DNA of 64,000 nucleotides from Candidatus Woesearchaeota archaeon (GTDB taxonomy: Archaea; Nanobdellota; Nanobdellia; Woesearchaeales; GW2011-AR9): positions 288,001-352,000 of the forward strand of contig JABHQW010000008.1 of NCBI GenBank assembly GCA_018696595.1, read 5' to 3'. A model generated the notes under the pieces. The model had not been told where the DNA came from. It searched no databases and was given only the letters and a program-made list of their open reading frames with translations. Positions within the stretch are counted from its first letter, which is position 1. Each line of letters opens with the position of its first letter. The position numbers and the translations under genes are program-made. Shown here one piece after another: positions 9,162-18,273 of the stretch.

Positions 9162-10096
9162 TTGAGAGAGAATTCATCGCCCAAAAGACGAAAGAGTACT
9201 ACATCAAGAAGCATATTGAGTCTAAGTTAGACAAAGTTGGAATTTCCTCAATCAAATTAAAAAAGATTCCTTTGGGAGAAAAGATTATTATTGAAACTAG
9301 TAGGCCTAGTTTAATTGTTGGATCTAAAGGTTCTAACATCAGAGAACTTACTAAAACATTAAAGAAACAATTCAAATTAGAAAATCCACAAATTGAAATT
9401 AATGAAGTAAAAGACATTTTCCTTGACCCTCATATTGTTGCAGAAAGAATCTCTTCATCTTTAGAAAGATTTGGAGCAGCAAGATTCAAAGGTGTTGGTC
9501 ATAAAACTATGGAGAATGTAATGAACGCTGGCGCATTAGGTGTTGAAATAATTATTTCCGGAAAAATTCCAAGTTCTAGGGCAAAGAATTGGAGATTTTA
9601 TTTAGGTTACTTAAAAAAGTGCGGAGACATTGCTATTCACGGAGTAAAGAGGGCACAAACTGTTGCTTTATTGAAAAGTGGAATTATTGGAATTAAGGTT
9701 GCAATTATGCCTTCCGATTTAGTATTACCTGATCATATTGAAATCTTAGACGAACCTCAACAAATTGTTGAAGAAACAGAAGTTGAGAAAAAACCAGCTA
9801 AGAAGAAAGCTACAAAGAAAAAAACTGCTACTAAAAAGAAACCAGCTAAGAAAAAAGAAGCTAAGGTTGAAGAAGTTGCAAAAGTAGAAGAGAAAGTTGA
9901 AGAAAAAACTGAAGCGGTTGCAACTAAAGAAGTTAAAGAACCTGTTGTTGAAGAAACAGAAACAAAAACAAAAGAAGAAGTTACTGAAAAAACTCCTAAT
10001 CAAGAAACCGTTCCTGAAGAATCTGAGAAGAAAGAAACAGAACAAAAAGAAGAAACTAAAGAAGAAACTAAAGAAGAGGAACCTAAGCAAGAATGA
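9158..10096 (+). CDS. rps3: 30S ribosomal protein S3 (uS3) with long charged C-terminal tail
   Basis: RPSLIVGSKG, GVEIIISGKI, GIIGIKVAIM. Confidence 0.97.
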   Translation: MIEREFIAQKTKEYYIKKHIESKLDKVGISSIKLKKIPLGEKIIIETSRPSLIVGSKGSNIRELTKTLKKQFKLENPQIEINEVKDIFLDPHIVAERISSSLERFGAARFKGVGHKTMENVMNAGALGVEIIISGKIPSSRAKNWRFYLGYLKKCGDIAIHGVKRAQTVALLKSGIIGIKVAIMPSDLVLPDHIEILDEPQQIVEETEVEKKPAKKKATKKKTATKKKPAKKKEAKVEEVAKVEEKVEEKTEAVATKEVKEPVVEETETKTKEEVTEKTPNQETVPEESEKKETEQKEETKEETKEEEPKQE

Positions 10097-10296
10097 AAAT
10101 CACTAAAGAATTAAGGGAATTATCTCCTGAAGAACTGAACACAAGAATGGCTGAGTTTAGAACAGAATTACTTAAGTTAAGTGTTGAAGTTGCTAGTGGA
10201 GCAAACCCTTCCAGTCCTGGAAAGATCAAGCAAGTGAAAAAGAATGTTGCAAGAATATTAACCTTACTCAAAGAGAAAGAGAAGGGGGTTAACTAA
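10093..10296 (+). CDS. rpl29: 50S ribosomal protein L29 (uL29)
   Basis: ELRELSPEEL, KIKQVKKNVARILT; conserved position. Confidence 0.95.
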   Translation: MKITKELRELSPEELNTRMAEFRTELLKLSVEVASGANPSSPGKIKQVKKNVARILTLLKEKEKGVN

Positions 10297-10302
10297 AAAA
10301 AT

Positions 10303-10608
10303 ATGGTAGGTGTATGTAATCAATGTGGGCTACCACAAGACCTTTGCGTTTGTGAAACAATCGCACGGGAACAACAAAAAATCAAAGTGTTTATCGAGAA
10401 AAGAAAATTTGGCAAGAAGTATACCATCATCACTGGGGTTGGCAAGGAAGCTAACATTGATGAAATACTTAAAACCTTAAAAACCAAGTTTGCTTGTGGC
10501 GGGACTGCTAAAAACGGTCAAATGGAACTACAAGGCAACCACAAGTTGAGAATCAAACAAACTTTAGTGGATCTGGGTTTTGCTGAAGAAACAATCGAGA
10601 TTGCTTAA
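10303..10608 (+). CDS. sui1: Translation initiation factor SUI1 (aIF-1)
   Basis: CNQCGLPQDLCVC, KFACGGT, ELQGNH. Confidence 0.95.
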   Translation: MVGVCNQCGLPQDLCVCETIAREQQKIKVFIEKRKFGKKYTIITGVGKEANIDEILKTLKTKFACGGTAKNGQMELQGNHKLRIKQTLVDLGFAEETIEIA

Positions 10609-10612
10609 TCAG

Positions 10613-10864
10613 ATGAAAAAAACAATTTATCCTAACGAACTGGTTGGGGAAGAAATTGAAATCATTGAAGCAAAAAACACTTACAACTTATCAATCAAAG
10701 GCAAGGTTGTTGACGAAACAAAAACAACTTTGAAAGTTGAACAAAACGGTAAGTTTAAAACGTTATTGAAAAATAACATCACAATCAAGTTGATCAAGTC
10801 TGGAAAAATCATCTCCGGGCAAGAGATTGCTAAGCGACCAGAAGAACGGTTGAAAGGCAGATAA
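10613..10864 (+). CDS. rnp1: RNase P protein subunit Rpp29/Pop4
   Basis: ELVG, GKVVDETKTTL, RPEERLK; conserved position between SUI1 and S17. Start moved to ATG 10613. Confidence 0.9.
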   Translation: MKKTIYPNELVGEEIEIIEAKNTYNLSIKGKVVDETKTTLKVEQNGKFKTLLKNNITIKLIKSGKIISGQEIAKRPEERLKGR

Positions 10865-10890
10865 AAACAATCAAAAAACTGAAACGAAAA

Positions 10891-11238
10891 ATGAAAAAAG
10901 AAATACTTGGTGCAAAAGCACCTGGAAAGGAATGTACTGACCAAAAATGTCCATTTCATGGGCAGATTAATGTAAAGAATGAACTATTCAAAGGAACAGT
11001 TGTTAAGAAAGACATTAATCACTCTGCTACAATTGAATGGAGTAGACAACATTATGTTCCTAAATTTGAAAGATATGAAGTTAGGCGTAGTAGAATGAGA
11101 GTTCATAACCCTGCTTGTATCGATGCAAATATTGGTCAAACCGTTTTAGTTGCCAAAACTCGACCAATCAGTAAGACAAAAAATCATGTTATTATCAAAA
11201 TCATTGAAGCTGAAGAATCTAAGGGGACTAAGAAATAA
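10891..11238 (+). CDS. rps17: 30S ribosomal protein S17 (uS17)
   Basis: CTDQKCPFHG, PKFERYE, TRPISKTK. Confidence 0.97.
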   Translation: MKKEILGAKAPGKECTDQKCPFHGQINVKNELFKGTVVKKDINHSATIEWSRQHYVPKFERYEVRRSRMRVHNPACIDANIGQTVLVAKTRPISKTKNHVIIKIIEAEESKGTKK

Positions 11239-11240
11239 AA

Positions 11241-11642
11241 ATGAAAGCACTAAGCAGTAAAATAACAAAAGCACTACCTTCACAATGTCAATTAGGTACT
11301 TGTGATAACTCTGGTGCTAAGTTAATAAAAATAATTGCAGTAAAAGGACATAAGACTGTTAAAGGTAGAATTCCTGCTGCTGGTGTTGGCGATTTAGTTT
11401 TTGCTTCAGTTAAGAAAGGAAAATTAGAAATGAGAAAAACTGTTGTTCCTGCGGTAATTGTTAGACAAAAGAAAGAATACCGAAGAGCTGACGGAACTCG
11501 AATTAAATTTGAAGATAATGCAGCAGTTGTGTTAAAAGATCTTAAAGGAAACCCAAAGGGAACAATCTTTAAAGGTCCAATTGCTAAAGAAGCGGCAGAA
11601 AGATGGCCAGCAGTAGCTAAAGTGGCTAAAATAATTGTTTAA
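11241..11642 (+). CDS. rpl14: 50S ribosomal protein L14 (uL14)
   Basis: CDNSGAK, AVIVRQKKEYRRADG, FEDNAAV. Confidence 0.98.
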   Translation: MKALSSKITKALPSQCQLGTCDNSGAKLIKIIAVKGHKTVKGRIPAAGVGDLVFASVKKGKLEMRKTVVPAVIVRQKKEYRRADGTRIKFEDNAAVVLKDLKGNPKGTIFKGPIAKEAAERWPAVAKVAKIIV

Positions 11643-11651
11643 GGTTAAAAA

Positions 11652-12107
11652 ATGGTAAAAACAAGTTTTGCAAAAACATGGAATAAAAGTACTCAACCTA
11701 GAAAGCAACGTAAGTATAGGTATAATGCTCCATTACATGTTAAACAAAAAATGGTACATGTTCATTTATCTACAGAATTAAGAAAGAAGTACAGTTTCAG
11801 AAATGTACAACTTAAAGCTGGAGATAAAATTAAAGTTTTACGTGGTAAGTTTGCTAAGAAAGAAGGTAAAGTGGACAAAATCAGTTTAAAAAATGAAAAA
11901 GTTTACGTGGCTGGTATTGAAACTATCAAGAAGGAAGGAACAAAATTACCTATTGCATTAAATGCAACCAACTTAATGATTATTGAATTAGACTTGAGTG
12001 ATAAAAAAAGAAAACAGAAATTAGAAAGCAAAGGTAAGACTGAACCTAAAGCTGAAGTTAAATCTGAATCAAAAAAAGTAGAATCAAAAGTAGAGGAAAA
12101 GAAATAA
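11652..12107 (+). CDS. rpl24: 50S ribosomal protein L24 (uL24)
   Basis: QPRKQRK, NAPLHVK, GDKIKVLRG. Confidence 0.97.
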   Translation: MVKTSFAKTWNKSTQPRKQRKYRYNAPLHVKQKMVHVHLSTELRKKYSFRNVQLKAGDKIKVLRGKFAKKEGKVDKISLKNEKVYVAGIETIKKEGTKLPIALNATNLMIIELDLSDKKRKQKLESKGKTEPKAEVKSESKKVESKVEEKK

Positions 12108-12108
12108 A

Positions 12109-12795
12109 ATGAAAAATCACTTGAAAAGAATCGCATCCCCTCATACCTGGGTTATTGATCGGAAAAGTTCCGTTTTTATTACTAGGCCTAAACCTGGAGC
12201 TCATAAAATGGGTAGTGGTTTACCACTTGGTGTTATTTTAAGAGACTTTTTAGGATTATCTACTACTATGAATGAATCAAAGAAAGTGCTTAACAATAAT
12301 GATATCTTAGTTGATGGAAAAAGAAGAAAAGATTATCGTTACATTGTTGGTTTATTTGATGTGATTACTATTCCAATTCAAAAGAAATCTTTCAGATTAA
12401 TGTTTAATAAGAAAAAACAAATTGTTATCAACGAAATTAGTGATACAGAAAGTTTAATTAAACCTTGTAAAGTTGTAGGTAAGACCATCTTAACAAAAGG
12501 AAAGATACAATTAAACTTACATGATGGTAAGAATATCATTAGTGATACTAAAGTTAAAGTTGGGGATACCTTATTATTATCATTACCAAAATTAGAAGTT
12601 AAAGAAGTGTTACCTCTTGAAAAAGAAAGTACAGTTTACTTAATTGATGGAAAACATTGCGGTGATGTTGGATTATTCAAAGAAATTAGAAAAGAAGAAG
12701 CAATTTATACTAAAGATAAAAAAGATATCGAAACTGCAAAAGAATATTTATTTGTAGTGGGCAAAAAAAAATCAATGATTGAAATTAAAAATTAA
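12109..12795 (+). CDS. rps4e: 30S ribosomal protein S4e (eS4)
   Basis: HLKRIASP, PKPGAH, GLFDVI. Confidence 0.96.
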   Translation: MKNHLKRIASPHTWVIDRKSSVFITRPKPGAHKMGSGLPLGVILRDFLGLSTTMNESKKVLNNNDILVDGKRRKDYRYIVGLFDVITIPIQKKSFRLMFNKKKQIVINEISDTESLIKPCKVVGKTILTKGKIQLNLHDGKNIISDTKVKVGDTLLLSLPKLEVKEVLPLEKESTVYLIDGKHCGDVGLFKEIRKEEAIYTKDKKDIETAKEYLFVVGKKKSMIEIKN

Positions 12796-12803
12796 CTGAA
12801 AAA

Positions 12804-13319
12804 ATGGAAAAAAACAATAACCCAATGATGGAAATTAGAATTAGCAAAGTTACCTTAAATATTGGTGCAGGTAAGAACGAAGATTTGCTAAAGAAAGGTA
12901 TTGTTTTACTGAAAAAGTTATCACCTTTAACTCCTGTTAAAACTTTTACTCAGAAAAGAATTCCTGGTTGGGGATTAAGACCTGGCTTAGCAATTGGTTG
13001 TAAAGTAACTGTTCGTAAAAACACTGAAGAATTACTTAAAAGATTGTTAGTGGCTAAAGAAAATATATTAAAAGAAAAATGTTTTGATAATAATGGAAAC
13101 TTTTCTTTTGGAGTTCCCGAATATATTGATATTGAAGGATTAGAATACGACCCAGATTTAAAGATTCTGGGCTTAGAAGCAGCAGTAACTTTGGAAAGAC
13201 CAGGATTTAGAATTAAGAAAAGAAAAATTTCCAATAAAGCAGTTGGTAAAGATCATTTAATCACTAAAGAAGAAGCAATCGAGTTTGTGAAGAGCAAACT
13301 TGGTGTGGAGGTTGAGTAA
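12804..13319 (+). CDS. rpl5: 50S ribosomal protein L5 (uL5)
   Basis: [29 protein letters not shown]. Confidence 0.97.
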   Translation: MEKNNNPMMEIRISKVTLNIGAGKNEDLLKKGIVLLKKLSPLTPVKTFTQKRIPGWGLRPGLAIGCKVTVRKNTEELLKRLLVAKENILKEKCFDNNGNFSFGVPEYIDIEGLEYDPDLKILGLEAAVTLERPGFRIKKRKISNKAVGKDHLITKEEAIEFVKSKLGVEVE

Positions 13320-13324
13320 ACAAA

Positions 13325-13555
13325 ATGACTACTAGTGACTATAAAAAAGCATTCAAACAACTGAACGCTAAACCAATTAAAAAATTAAAGTATATCAAGT
13401 TTAATCAACCTAAAGAGCGATCTTGTGGAAGAGCTTTGAGAAAATGTCGGAACTGTGGCCGGAATGGTGGCCATATTAACAAATATGGTTTACATTTGTG
13501 TCGACAATGTTTCCGAGAAATGGCTTTAGGATTAGGTTTCAAAAAATACAGTTAA
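13325..13555 (+). CDS. rps14: 30S ribosomal protein S14 (uS14, Zn-binding) with N-terminal extension
   Basis: CRNC...LCRQCFRE...GFKKYS. Confidence 0.96.
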   Translation: MTTSDYKKAFKQLNAKPIKKLKYIKFNQPKERSCGRALRKCRNCGRNGGHINKYGLHLCRQCFREMALGLGFKKYS

Positions 13556-13578
13556 GAATAAGAGGATAAATTAAGAAA

Positions 13579-13968
13579 ATGTTAAACGACCCATTGGCAG
13601 CAACGTTAGCGAAAATAATGAACGCAGAGAAAGTAGGAAAGAAGAATGTAGTTGTTAAACCGGCCTCTAAGATAATTAAAAAGATCTTGGCAATGATGAA
13701 CGAGAATAATTACACTGGCGAAGCTACAGAAATTACTTCAGAGCGAGGTGGAGAACTGAATGTTAACCTATTAGGCAACCTTAATGGTTGTGGTGTAATC
13801 AAACCAAGATTTTCAACTAAACAAAATGGATTTGAGAAATGGGAGAAACGTTACTTACCAGCTAATAACTTTGGATTACTTTTTGTTTCAACCCCAAAAG
13901 GAATCATGACTCAAGATCAAGCTAAAGAGAAAAAGATGGGCGGAAAACTATTAGCCTATTGTTATTAA
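13579..13968 (+). CDS. rps8: 30S ribosomal protein S8 (uS8)
   Basis: MLNDPLA, GVIKPRF, VSTPKGIMT, GGKLLAYCY. Confidence 0.97.
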   Translation: MLNDPLAATLAKIMNAEKVGKKNVVVKPASKIIKKILAMMNENNYTGEATEITSERGGELNVNLLGNLNGCGVIKPRFSTKQNGFEKWEKRYLPANNFGLLFVSTPKGIMTQDQAKEKKMGGKLLAYCY

Positions 13969-13990
13969 TCATACTAAACAGAAAACAAAA

Positions 13991-14536
13991 ATGAAAGCAG
14001 ACTTAAAAAAAGAAATTGAACTTCCTGACGGAGTGACTGTACAGTTGAATGGGGCAGTTTTAACTATAAAAGGAGCTAAAGGAGAAGTTAATAGGGATTT
14101 TATTCATCCTAAAGCAAATATTTTAGTTGAACAAAATAAAATTGTTTTGTCTGCTTTGAAAGCAACTAAAAGAGAAAAAACATTATTAGGAACAATGGTC
14201 TCTCATATTAAGAATATGATTACTGGTGTACAAGAACCTTTTACTTACAAAGTTAAAATTTGTTCTGGTCACTTTCCAATGAATGTAAGTGTTTCAGGTA
14301 AAGATTTAGTTGTTAAAAACTTTTTGGGAGAAAGTGTCCCTAGAAAAGTTGAATTAATTGAAGGAACAAATGTTAAAGTTAACGGTGATGAGATTGTTAT
14401 TGTTGGCGTAGATAAAGAAAAAGCTGGACAAATGGCAGCAAGAATTGAAAACCTATGTCGAATTACTAATCGTGATACTAGAATATTCCAAGATGGATGT
14501 TATATCACCCATAAAGCTGGAAAAGATTTAAACTAA
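13991..14536 (+). CDS. rpl6: 50S ribosomal protein L6 (uL6)
   Basis: GHFPMNV, NFLGE, RDTRIFQDGCYI. Confidence 0.97.
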   Translation: MKADLKKEIELPDGVTVQLNGAVLTIKGAKGEVNRDFIHPKANILVEQNKIVLSALKATKREKTLLGTMVSHIKNMITGVQEPFTYKVKICSGHFPMNVSVSGKDLVVKNFLGESVPRKVELIEGTNVKVNGDEIVIVGVDKEKAGQMAARIENLCRITNRDTRIFQDGCYITHKAGKDLN

Positions 14537-14566
14537 ACATAATAAAGATATAATAAAGGCAATAAG

Positions 14567-15187
14567 ATGGAAACTAAAAAAATGTTAGAAGTACGGGAAA
14601 AAATTCGGAAAACTAGACCTAAATTCGTAGTTAAGGAATCTAAGTTTTCAGCGCGAGTAAAGAGTAGATGGCGTTTCCCTAGGGGTAAACATTCAAAAGT
14701 TAGACAAATGCATAAAGGAAGACCATTATTAGTTAATGTTGGAAGTAGATCTCCTCGACTTGTAAGAGGATTAAACAAAGTGGGATTAGAAATTGTTGCT
14801 GTTAGTAATAAAAATGAATTGTTAAGTTTGAATAAAGAAAAACAATCTGCTTTGTTAACAAACATTGGTAATAAAAAAAGATTAGAATTATTAGAATTAG
14901 CTAAAGAAAACAAGATCCATTTATCTAATGTTAAAGATATTGAAAAAACTGTTGAGAAAATCAAATCTAGCTTCGATGCAAGAAAAAAGTTGAAATCAGA
15001 CAAATCTCAGGCGAAGAATAAAAAAGAAACAGAAAAGAAGAAGAACGCTGAAGAGAAAAAGAAAAAGGAAGAAGAAGAGAAAATAAAAGCTGAAAAGAAA
15101 TCTATCGAAGAAACTGTTGAAGATAAAAAGGAAAAGATTAAAGAAGAGAAGAAAGAGTCGGAAAAGACCATCATTAAAAAACAATAA
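14567..15187 (+). CDS. rpl32e: 50S ribosomal protein L32e with K/E-rich C-terminal tail
   Basis: RPKF, WRFPRGKHSKVR, VRGL; conserved position. Confidence 0.93.
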   Translation: METKKMLEVREKIRKTRPKFVVKESKFSARVKSRWRFPRGKHSKVRQMHKGRPLLVNVGSRSPRLVRGLNKVGLEIVAVSNKNELLSLNKEKQSALLTNIGNKKRLELLELAKENKIHLSNVKDIEKTVEKIKSSFDARKKLKSDKSQAKNKKETEKKKNAEEKKKKEEEEKIKAEKKSIEETVEDKKEKIKEEKKESEKTIIKKQ

Positions 15188-15220
15188 TCAAAAATATAAT
15201 AACTAAACATAACGATAAAA

Positions 15221-15670
15221 ATGAAAAGCAAAAAAAGACTGGCTGGAGAAATCCTGAAAGTATCACCAAAGAAGATTAGTTTTGTAGCTGATGCTTTAGA
15301 AGATATTAAGAAAGCAATTACTCGGTCAGATTTAAGAGGATTAATTGCTATTAAGAAGATTGTTAAAAGTAGAAAAAATCAACAATCTCGTGCAAGAGCA
15401 AGAAAAATAGCAACTCAGAAAAGAAAAGGTCGACAAAAGGGTCAAGGTAGCAAAAAAGGAGCTAAACATGCAACCGTAACCAAGAAAGAAAAATGGATGG
15501 CTAAAGTAAGAATTCAAAGAAGACTGTTAAAAGAATTAAGAGATAAGAAATTAATTTCAACCGGTAATTACCGATTACTTTATCGTAAAGTTAAAGGTGG
15601 TTTTTTTAGAAATAAGAGACACATTAAACTTTATTTAACTGAATATCATTTGATTGAGGAAAAAAAATAA
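15221..15670 (+). CDS. rpl19e: 50S ribosomal protein L19e
   Basis: KKRLAGEILK, AITRSDLRGLI, GSKKG, YRKVKGGFF. Confidence 0.97.
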   Translation: MKSKKRLAGEILKVSPKKISFVADALEDIKKAITRSDLRGLIAIKKIVKSRKNQQSRARARKIATQKRKGRQKGQGSKKGAKHATVTKKEKWMAKVRIQRRLLKELRDKKLISTGNYRLLYRKVKGGFFRNKRHIKLYLTEYHLIEEKK

Positions 15671-15677
15671 TTAAACA

Positions 15678-16184
15678 ATGGCAACTAAAAAACCAAAAAC
15701 AATTCCTTATAGAAGGAAAAGAGAAGGAAAAACTAACTATACCAAAAGGTTAAAGTTATTACTTTCAAAGAAACCAAGATTGGTTGTAAGATTAACAAAT
15801 ACTCAGGTTATTGCTCAGTTAATAGAATTCTCTAGTGAAGGAGACAAAGTTTTAGTTAGTGTTGATTCTTCTACATTAAAGAACATGGGTTGGAATCATT
15901 CTTTTAAGAATCGATCTGCTGCTTATTTGGCTGGTCTTTTATTAGGAAAGAAAGCTGTAGAAAAGAAATTGGAAGGAGCAGTTTTAGACACAGGATTCAA
16001 ATTATTAATGAAGAAAGGCAAGTTAACTGCTTTCCTTAAGGGAGTAATTGATTCAGGATTTACTGTTCCTTACGGAAGTGAAGAAATCTTCCCTGATGAA
16101 GAAACTATTGCAGGTAAACATATTATTAATCAAGAAAAGATTACTGAAGAATTTAATCAAGTTAAAGCAAAGATAATGGGATAA
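15678..16184 (+). CDS. rpl18: 50S ribosomal protein L18 (uL18)
   Basis: RRKREGKTNY, PRLVVR, AAYLAG. Confidence 0.96.
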   Translation: MATKKPKTIPYRRKREGKTNYTKRLKLLLSKKPRLVVRLTNTQVIAQLIEFSSEGDKVLVSVDSSTLKNMGWNHSFKNRSAAYLAGLLLGKKAVEKKLEGAVLDTGFKLLMKKGKLTAFLKGVIDSGFTVPYGSEEIFPDEETIAGKHIINQEKITEEFNQVKAKIMG

Positions 16185-16192
16185 TACTAAAA

Positions 16193-17239
16193 ATGGCTGA
16201 AGAAAAAACAAAATCTGCTGGAAATGCAAGAAATACAGGGAATGCAAGAAATGCTGGAAATGCAAGAAACGCAAGAAATCCTAGGAATTCAAGAAATACA
16301 AAGAATGCACGGTATTCTAGACCCAGAGAAGAACCTCGGCCACTTTCAGAAACTTGGACACCTAAGACTCAATTAGGAATCGAAGTAAAGAAGGGCGAAG
16401 TTACAGATATTGAACAGATTTTTGCTCAAGGAAAAATGATTCTGGAAGCAGAGATTGTTGATATGCTTTTACCAAACCTGGAAGACGAGTTATTATTAGT
16501 TGGACAAGCTAAAGGTAAATTTGGCGGTGGTCAAAGAAGAATTTTTAGACAAACCCAAAAGAAAACTAAAGAAGGAAATAAAATTCACTTTTTAACTTAT
16601 GCAGCTGTTGGAAACAAAAATGGCTATGTTGGCGTTGGAACAGGAAAAAGTAAAGAAACAGTTCCCGCAAGAGACAAATCAAAACGTAAAGCTAAATTAA
16701 ATTTAATGAGAGTTAGAAGAGGATGTGGAAGTTGGGAATGTAATTGTAAACAACCGCATTCAGTTCCATTTGCTAGCAGTGGTAAGTGTGGTTCCGTTGA
16801 AGTTACTTTAATGCCCGCTCCGAAAGGAAAAGGACTTTGTGTAGAAAAAGAATGTGCAAAGATTTTAGAGTTAGCTGGGATCAAAGATGTTTGGAGTAGA
16901 ACATCTGGACAAACTAAAGTTAAAGTTAATCTAATTGCGGCATTAATGGATGCTATTAAGAATTTATCTCAAGTTAAACTTAAACCAGGTGATATTGAAA
17001 AGTTAGGAATTGTTGAAGGTAAAATGAAATCTGACGACGAAGAACTCCCTACTGTTGCTGTTGAAGCGGACTCAGAAACCGAAGTGGCTGAAGAGAAAAC
17101 TGAAGAAGTTGCTGTTGAAGAAGCAAAAGAAGAAGAGAAGGTAGAAGTTAAAGAAGAAAAGACTCCTGATCAAGCTGAACTAACTGAAGCGGAAGCAGAT
17201 TCAGAAGCAAGTGAAGAAGAGAAAGAGGAATCAAGTTAA
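16193..17239 (+). CDS. rps5: 30S ribosomal protein S5 (uS5) with N-terminal repeat and acidic C-terminal extension
   Basis: WTPKTQLG, VGNKNGYVGVG, RRGCGSWEC, PAPKG, IKDVWS. Confidence 0.97.
   Translation: MAEEKTKSAGNARNTGNARNAGNARNARNPRNSRNTKNARYSRPREEPRPLSETWTPKTQLGIEVKKGEVTDIEQIFAQGKMILEAEIVDMLLPNLEDELLLVGQAKGKFGGGQRRIFRQTQKKTKEGNKIHFLTYAAVGNKNGYVGVGTGKSKETVPARDKSKRKAKLNLMRVRRGCGSWECNCKQPHSVPFASSGKCGSVEVTLMPAPKGKGLCVEKECAKILELAGIKDVWSRTSGQTKVKVNLIAALMDAIKNLSQVKLKPGDIEKLGIVEGKMKSDDEELPTVAVEADSETEVAEEKTEEVAVEEAKEEEKVEVKEEKTPDQAELTEAEADSEASEEEKEESS
16217..16312 (+). repeat. In-frame 9/18-nt tandem repeat in rps5 encoding (xGN-ARN)n / (xRN)n
   Basis: gctggaaatgcaagaaat / acagggaatgcaagaaat / gctggaaatgcaagaaac, followed by 9-nt xxxagaaat-type units. 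Confidence 0.85.
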
Positions 17240-17240
17240 A

Positions 17241-17765
17241 ATGACTCAAGAAGAAAAAGTTCAAACAACTGAACCTAAGACTGAAGTTAAAACTGAAGTT
17301 AAGAAAGAAGCTAGTGTTAAGGAGACTCCTAAAAATACTAGTGGAAAGATAGCAATAGTTTTAGTTCGTGGAATTGTTGGATTACCTCAACCAGTTAAAG
17401 ACACATTATTTTTACTTAATATAAACAGAAAAAATCATTGCGTTGTTGTTAAAAACAGTCCCGTTAATTTGGGTATGATCAAGAAAGTAAAAGATTATGT
17501 TACTTGGGGAGAAATCTCTGATGATGTATATAATCAGTTAGTTGAGAAACGTGGAGAAGAATACGAAGGAAGATTATCTGATAGCAAAAAGAAGTATAAT
17601 TATAAAACGTTAGACATCAATGGTAAAAAATATAAAAGATATTTCAGATTAAATCCGCCAAGAAAAGGTTTCGGCCGAAAAGGTATAAAGATTGCTTTCA
17701 AAGTTGGTGGAGGATTAGGAGATAGAAAGGAAAAGATGAATGATCTGATCCTAAGAATGTTATAA
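17241..17765 (+). CDS. rpl30: 50S ribosomal protein L30 (uL30, long archaeal form)
   Basis: IAIVLVRG, GMIKKVKDYVTWGE, FRLNPPRKG. Start moved to ATG 17241. Confidence 0.96.
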   Translation: MTQEEKVQTTEPKTEVKTEVKKEASVKETPKNTSGKIAIVLVRGIVGLPQPVKDTLFLLNINRKNHCVVVKNSPVNLGMIKKVKDYVTWGEISDDVYNQLVEKRGEEYEGRLSDSKKKYNYKTLDINGKKYKRYFRLNPPRKGFGRKGIKIAFKVGGGLGDRKEKMNDLILRML

Positions 17766-17785
17766 TTATTTAAGGAAATAAAAAA

Positions 17786-18271
17786 ATGGTAACTAATAAA
17801 GCAAAAAAAGTAACTAAGTACAGAAGTCATACTACTCATGGCGGCGGTCATCGTAAGAAAAGACGTGGCGCTGGTTCCCGAGGAGGAAGAGGAAATGCAG
17901 GTACTGGTAAAAGAGCAGGACAGAAGAAAGCAGGTATCTCTCGAAAGTTAGGGAAACATGGATTTACTAGTAAAAGTAGAACTAGAGTAAGATCTATTAA
18001 TGTTAACTATTTTACTGAAAAAGTTATGGAAAAGTTGGTTGCTAATAACAAAGTTAAAAAAGAGGGAGAACTTTACATTATTAATCTGGCCGATTTAGGT
18101 TATCAGAAACTACTTGGAACGGGTCAAACTAAATTTAAACTTAAGTTATCTGTTGCTAAGTTCACCGCAAAGGCAGAAGAAAAAATCAAATCTGCAGGTG
18201 GAGAAATAGTTTTTGGTACCGTTGAAGAAACTAAAAAAGCAATTAAAGAAGAAAACAAAACTCAATCTTAA
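17786..18271 (+). CDS. rpl15: 50S ribosomal protein L15 (uL15)
   Basis: RGAGSRGGRGNAG, KLLGTG, KIKSAGG. Confidence 0.96.
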   Translation: MVTNKAKKVTKYRSHTTHGGGHRKKRRGAGSRGGRGNAGTGKRAGQKKAGISRKLGKHGFTSKSRTRVRSINVNYFTEKVMEKLVANNKVKKEGELYIINLADLGYQKLLGTGQTKFKLKLSVAKFTAKAEEKIKSAGGEIVFGTVEETKKAIKEENKTQS

Positions 18272-18273
18272 AA

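Noticed and set aside
9746-10090. Phe-rich minus-strand ORFs opposite ribosomal protein tails (also 14533-15003, 14996-15231, 11903-12136)
   Set aside because: Reverse complements of GAA/AAA-rich codons give long stop-free Phe/Ser frames; they overlap confident genes.
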